The position numbers were made by a program, and so were the translations under genes. 64,000 nt of DNA from a virus (taxonomy: Duplodnaviria > Heunggongvirae > Uroviricota > Caudoviricetes). The stretch lies in the IMG/VR virus record IMGVR_UViG_2684623189_000005. The stretch is one strand, 5' to 3'. The notes beneath the pieces are model-generated. The model worked only from the letters and a program-made list of their open reading frames with translations, was not told the origin of the DNA and ran no database searches. This document shows positions 61,722 to 64,000 of the stretch, one piece after another. The first letter of the stretch is position 1. Each line of letters opens with the position of its first letter.

Positions 61722-61943
61722 ATGGCAGACATCATTGATTCAGCATCAGAAATAGAAGAATTACAGCGCAACACAGCAATAAAAATGCGCCGCCTGAACT
61801 ACCTGGCTGTATCTGCCACTCATTGTTGTGAGTGTGGCGATCCGATAGATGAACGAAGACGCCTGGCCGTTCAGGGTTGTCGGACTTGCGCCAGTTGCCA
61901 GCAAGATCTGGAGCTTATCCGCAAACAAAGGGGGATTAAGTGA
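61722..61943 (+). CDS. TraR/DksA-family C4 zinc-finger protein
   Basis: 73 aa with CCECGDPIDERRRLAVQGCRTCASC four-Cys motif. Confidence 0.7.
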   Translation: MADIIDSASEIEELQRNTAIKMRRLNYLAVSATHCCECGDPIDERRRLAVQGCRTCASCQQDLELIRKQRGIK

Positions 61944-62269
61944 TGGCTAACCTGCAACTTGCTGTTAAAAGTGAATACTTCGATGCCATGATTCGCGGAG
62001 AGAAAACGGAAGAGTATCGCTTGTGTAATGACTACTGGAATAAGCGAATTATGTTCCGGGAATATGACCGCCTGATTATCACAAAGGGATATCCGAAGCG
62101 CGACGATTCCAGTCGCAGAATTGATGTTCCGTATGACGGATATGAAGTGAAGACAATCACACATCCGCACTTTGGCGATAAACCGGTAAAGGTGTTCGCT
62201 ATAAAGGTGAATATCAGCACTGAATATCAATCCGCACAACACAAGGTCAAGAATGTTCAGAGTGATTGA
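61940..62269 (+). CDS. conserved phage protein (possibly ASCH/PUA-like fold)
   Basis: 109-aa ORF coupled to neighbours; fold assignment is a guess. Confidence 0.45.
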   Translation: MMANLQLAVKSEYFDAMIRGEKTEEYRLCNDYWNKRIMFREYDRLIITKGYPKRDDSSRRIDVPYDGYEVKTITHPHFGDKPVKVFAIKVNISTEYQSAQHKVKNVQSD

Positions 62270-62492
62270 CCCTAACACCTGGTACGTCGACCACCACGGC
62301 ACTCCCTGCAAAATCCTGCGTTCTACCCACAACAAAGTTCACTACATCCGAAAAGGCAGAACATGTATCGCCAGCATGTTCCGCTTTAATCATGACTTTG
62401 AACCTGTGAATAAAGCTGATGCAGATCGGATAGCAGAAGAGATCGAAACGGCAGAACACATTAAGAAGTTACGTGACATGCGCAGGAAATAG
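62253..62492 (+). CDS. hypothetical protein (DUF4222-like, common near int in enterobacterial prophages)
   Basis: 79-aa ORF upstream of xis. Confidence 0.45.
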   Translation: MFRVIDPNTWYVDHHGTPCKILRSTHNKVHYIRKGRTCIASMFRFNHDFEPVNKADADRIAEEIETAEHIKKLRDMRRK

Positions 62493-62631
62493 AAAAATTG
62501 ATAAATTCAATACTGCATTTCTCAGCATTAAATTTATCTCTATGACCAGTCAAGAGATGTACCTGCCATGAGCTTAATATCATGTCAGATATATCGGTCA
62601 CAAACTCCCTCAGCAGCTAAGAGGAGGACAA

Positions 62632-62868
62632 ATGTCTCGACTAATCACTTTACAGGACTGGGCTAAAGAAGAATTTGGGGACTTAGCACCAAGTGAGCGA
62701 GTTCTGAAAAAATACGCGCAAGGGAAAATGATGGCCCCACCCGCTATAAAAGTTGGTCGCTACTGGATGATTGACCGAAATTCCCGTTTTGTAGGAACGC
62801 TTGCAGAACCGCAACTCCCAATAAACGCAAACCCAAAACTCCAAAGGATAATCGCTGATGGCTGCTAG
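62632..62868 (+). CDS. xis: excisionase
   Basis: 78-aa basic protein immediately upstream of and overlapping int; SD AGGAGG before ATG. Confidence 0.6.
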   Translation: MSRLITLQDWAKEEFGDLAPSERVLKKYAQGKMMAPPAIKVGRYWMIDRNSRFVGTLAEPQLPINANPKLQRIIADGC

Positions 62869-64000
62869 ACCCCGATCTCACAAAATCTCTATACCCAATT
62901 TATATTGCAAATTAGATAAGCGAACCGGAAAGGTATATTGGCAATACAAACATCCACTATCCGGTCGTTTTCATAGCTTAGGAACTGATGAGAATGAAGC
63001 AAAACAAGTTGCTACTGAAGCAAATACCATTATTGCTGAACAACGTACCAGACAAATATTAAGCGTCAATGAGCGTCTGGAAAGAATGAAAGGCAGGCGC
63101 TCAGACATTACGGTGACAGAATGGCTTGATAAATATATTTCTATCCAAGAGGACAGGCTGCAACATAATGAACTAAGACCCAACTCCTATCGGCAAAAAG
63201 GCAAACCCATTCGTCTTTTCCGTGAGCATTGTGGAATGCAACACCTCAAGGATATTACCGCACTTGATATTGCCGAAATAATTGATGCTGTAAAGGCTGA
63301 AGGTCATAACAGGATGGCGCAAGTCGTGAGAATGGTGTTGATCGACGTCTTCAAAGAAGCACAACACGCAGGACATGTTCCGCCAGGATTTAACCCAGCG
63401 CAGGCAACAAAACAACCGCGAAATCGAGTAAACCGCCAAAGATTGTCACTGCCCGAATGGCAGGCAATATTTGACAGCGTAAGCAGACGGCAGCCCTATT
63501 TAAAATGCGGCATGCTACTTGCTCTTGTTACTGGACAACGTTTAGGCGATATCTGCAATTTGAAATTCTCTGATATATGGGACGACATGTTGCACATTAC
63601 TCAGGAAAAAACCGGTTCAAAACTTGCTATTCCGCTTAACCTGAAATGCGATGCTCTGAATATTACCCTTCGTGAAGTTATATCTCAGTGCAGGGATGCT
63701 GTTGTTAGTAAATATCTGGTCCATTACCGTCACACTACCTCTCAAGCAAACAGAGGAGACCAGGTTTCTGCGAATACTCTGACAACGGCTTTTAAAAAGG
63801 CCCGGGAAAAATGTGGCATAAAATGGGAGCAAGGAACTGCGCCCACATTTCATGAGCAGCGATCTCTGTCAGAACGGTTATATCGGGAACAGGGTCTGGA
63901 TACGCAAAAGTTGTTAGGCCATAAATCCAGAAAAATGACCGACCGATACAATGATGATCGTGGTAAAGACTGGATTATCGTAGATATCAAAACAGCATAG
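62858..64000 (+). CDS. int: lambda-type tyrosine integrase
   Basis: 380 aa; C-terminal ...TFHEQRSLSERLYREQGLDTQKLLGHKSRKMTDRYNDDRGKDWIIVDIK parallels lambda Int catalytic region; stop coincides with window end. Confidence 0.9.
   Translation: MAARPRSHKISIPNLYCKLDKRTGKVYWQYKHPLSGRFHSLGTDENEAKQVATEANTIIAEQRTRQILSVNERLERMKGRRSDITVTEWLDKYISIQEDRLQHNELRPNSYRQKGKPIRLFREHCGMQHLKDITALDIAEIIDAVKAEGHNRMAQVVRMVLIDVFKEAQHAGHVPPGFNPAQATKQPRNRVNRQRLSLPEWQAIFDSVSRRQPYLKCGMLLALVTGQRLGDICNLKFSDIWDDMLHITQEKTGSKLAIPLNLKCDALNITLREVISQCRDAVVSKYLVHYRHTTSQANRGDQVSANTLTTAFKKAREKCGIKWEQGTAPTFHEQRSLSERLYREQGLDTQKLLGHKSRKMTDRYNDDRGKDWIIVDIKTA

Overview
This 64-kb window is essentially all prophage, apparently from an E. 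coli-like enterobacterial chromosome. The two most interesting loci are (i) an unrecognised two-gene cassette in the rexAB position directly downstream of cI (55225-56531, terminator about 56536-56563), and (ii) a repressor-linked pair of membrane proteins in the control region of the Mu-like phage (14699-16357), next to a small P-loop gene (14185-14661). Right two-thirds (about 25262-64000): a mosaic lambdoid prophage lying inverted relative to the window. It carries xis/int at the right edge, the Red genes (exo, bet, gam), kil, cIII, ea10, ral, sieB, N with nutL, a non-lambda cI/cro immunity region, a chimeric cII, oop RNA, lambda-type O/P with ori iterons, ren, nin-region genes, rusA, a DLP12/82-type Q, an OmpC-family porin gene between Q and the lysis genes, phage-21-type S/R with Rz/Rz1, bor, cos, and a complete lambda-type head and tail set (Nu1 to J) on the minus strand. 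Left third (1 to about 25261): a Mu-like transposable prophage continuing off the left edge, with a minus-strand lysis/terminase/head/tail operon (14102 down to 1), a central control region, and a plus-strand early operon (Ner-like, DDE transposase, MuB-like ATPase, Gam, GemA, Mor). No rRNA, tRNA, CRISPR array or IS element was recognised. All calls come from reading the supplied ORF translations and sequence against remembered phage proteins; no database search, GC calculation or structure prediction was run. CDS coordinates are anchored to the ORF track; coordinates of non-coding motifs may be off by 1-3 bp.
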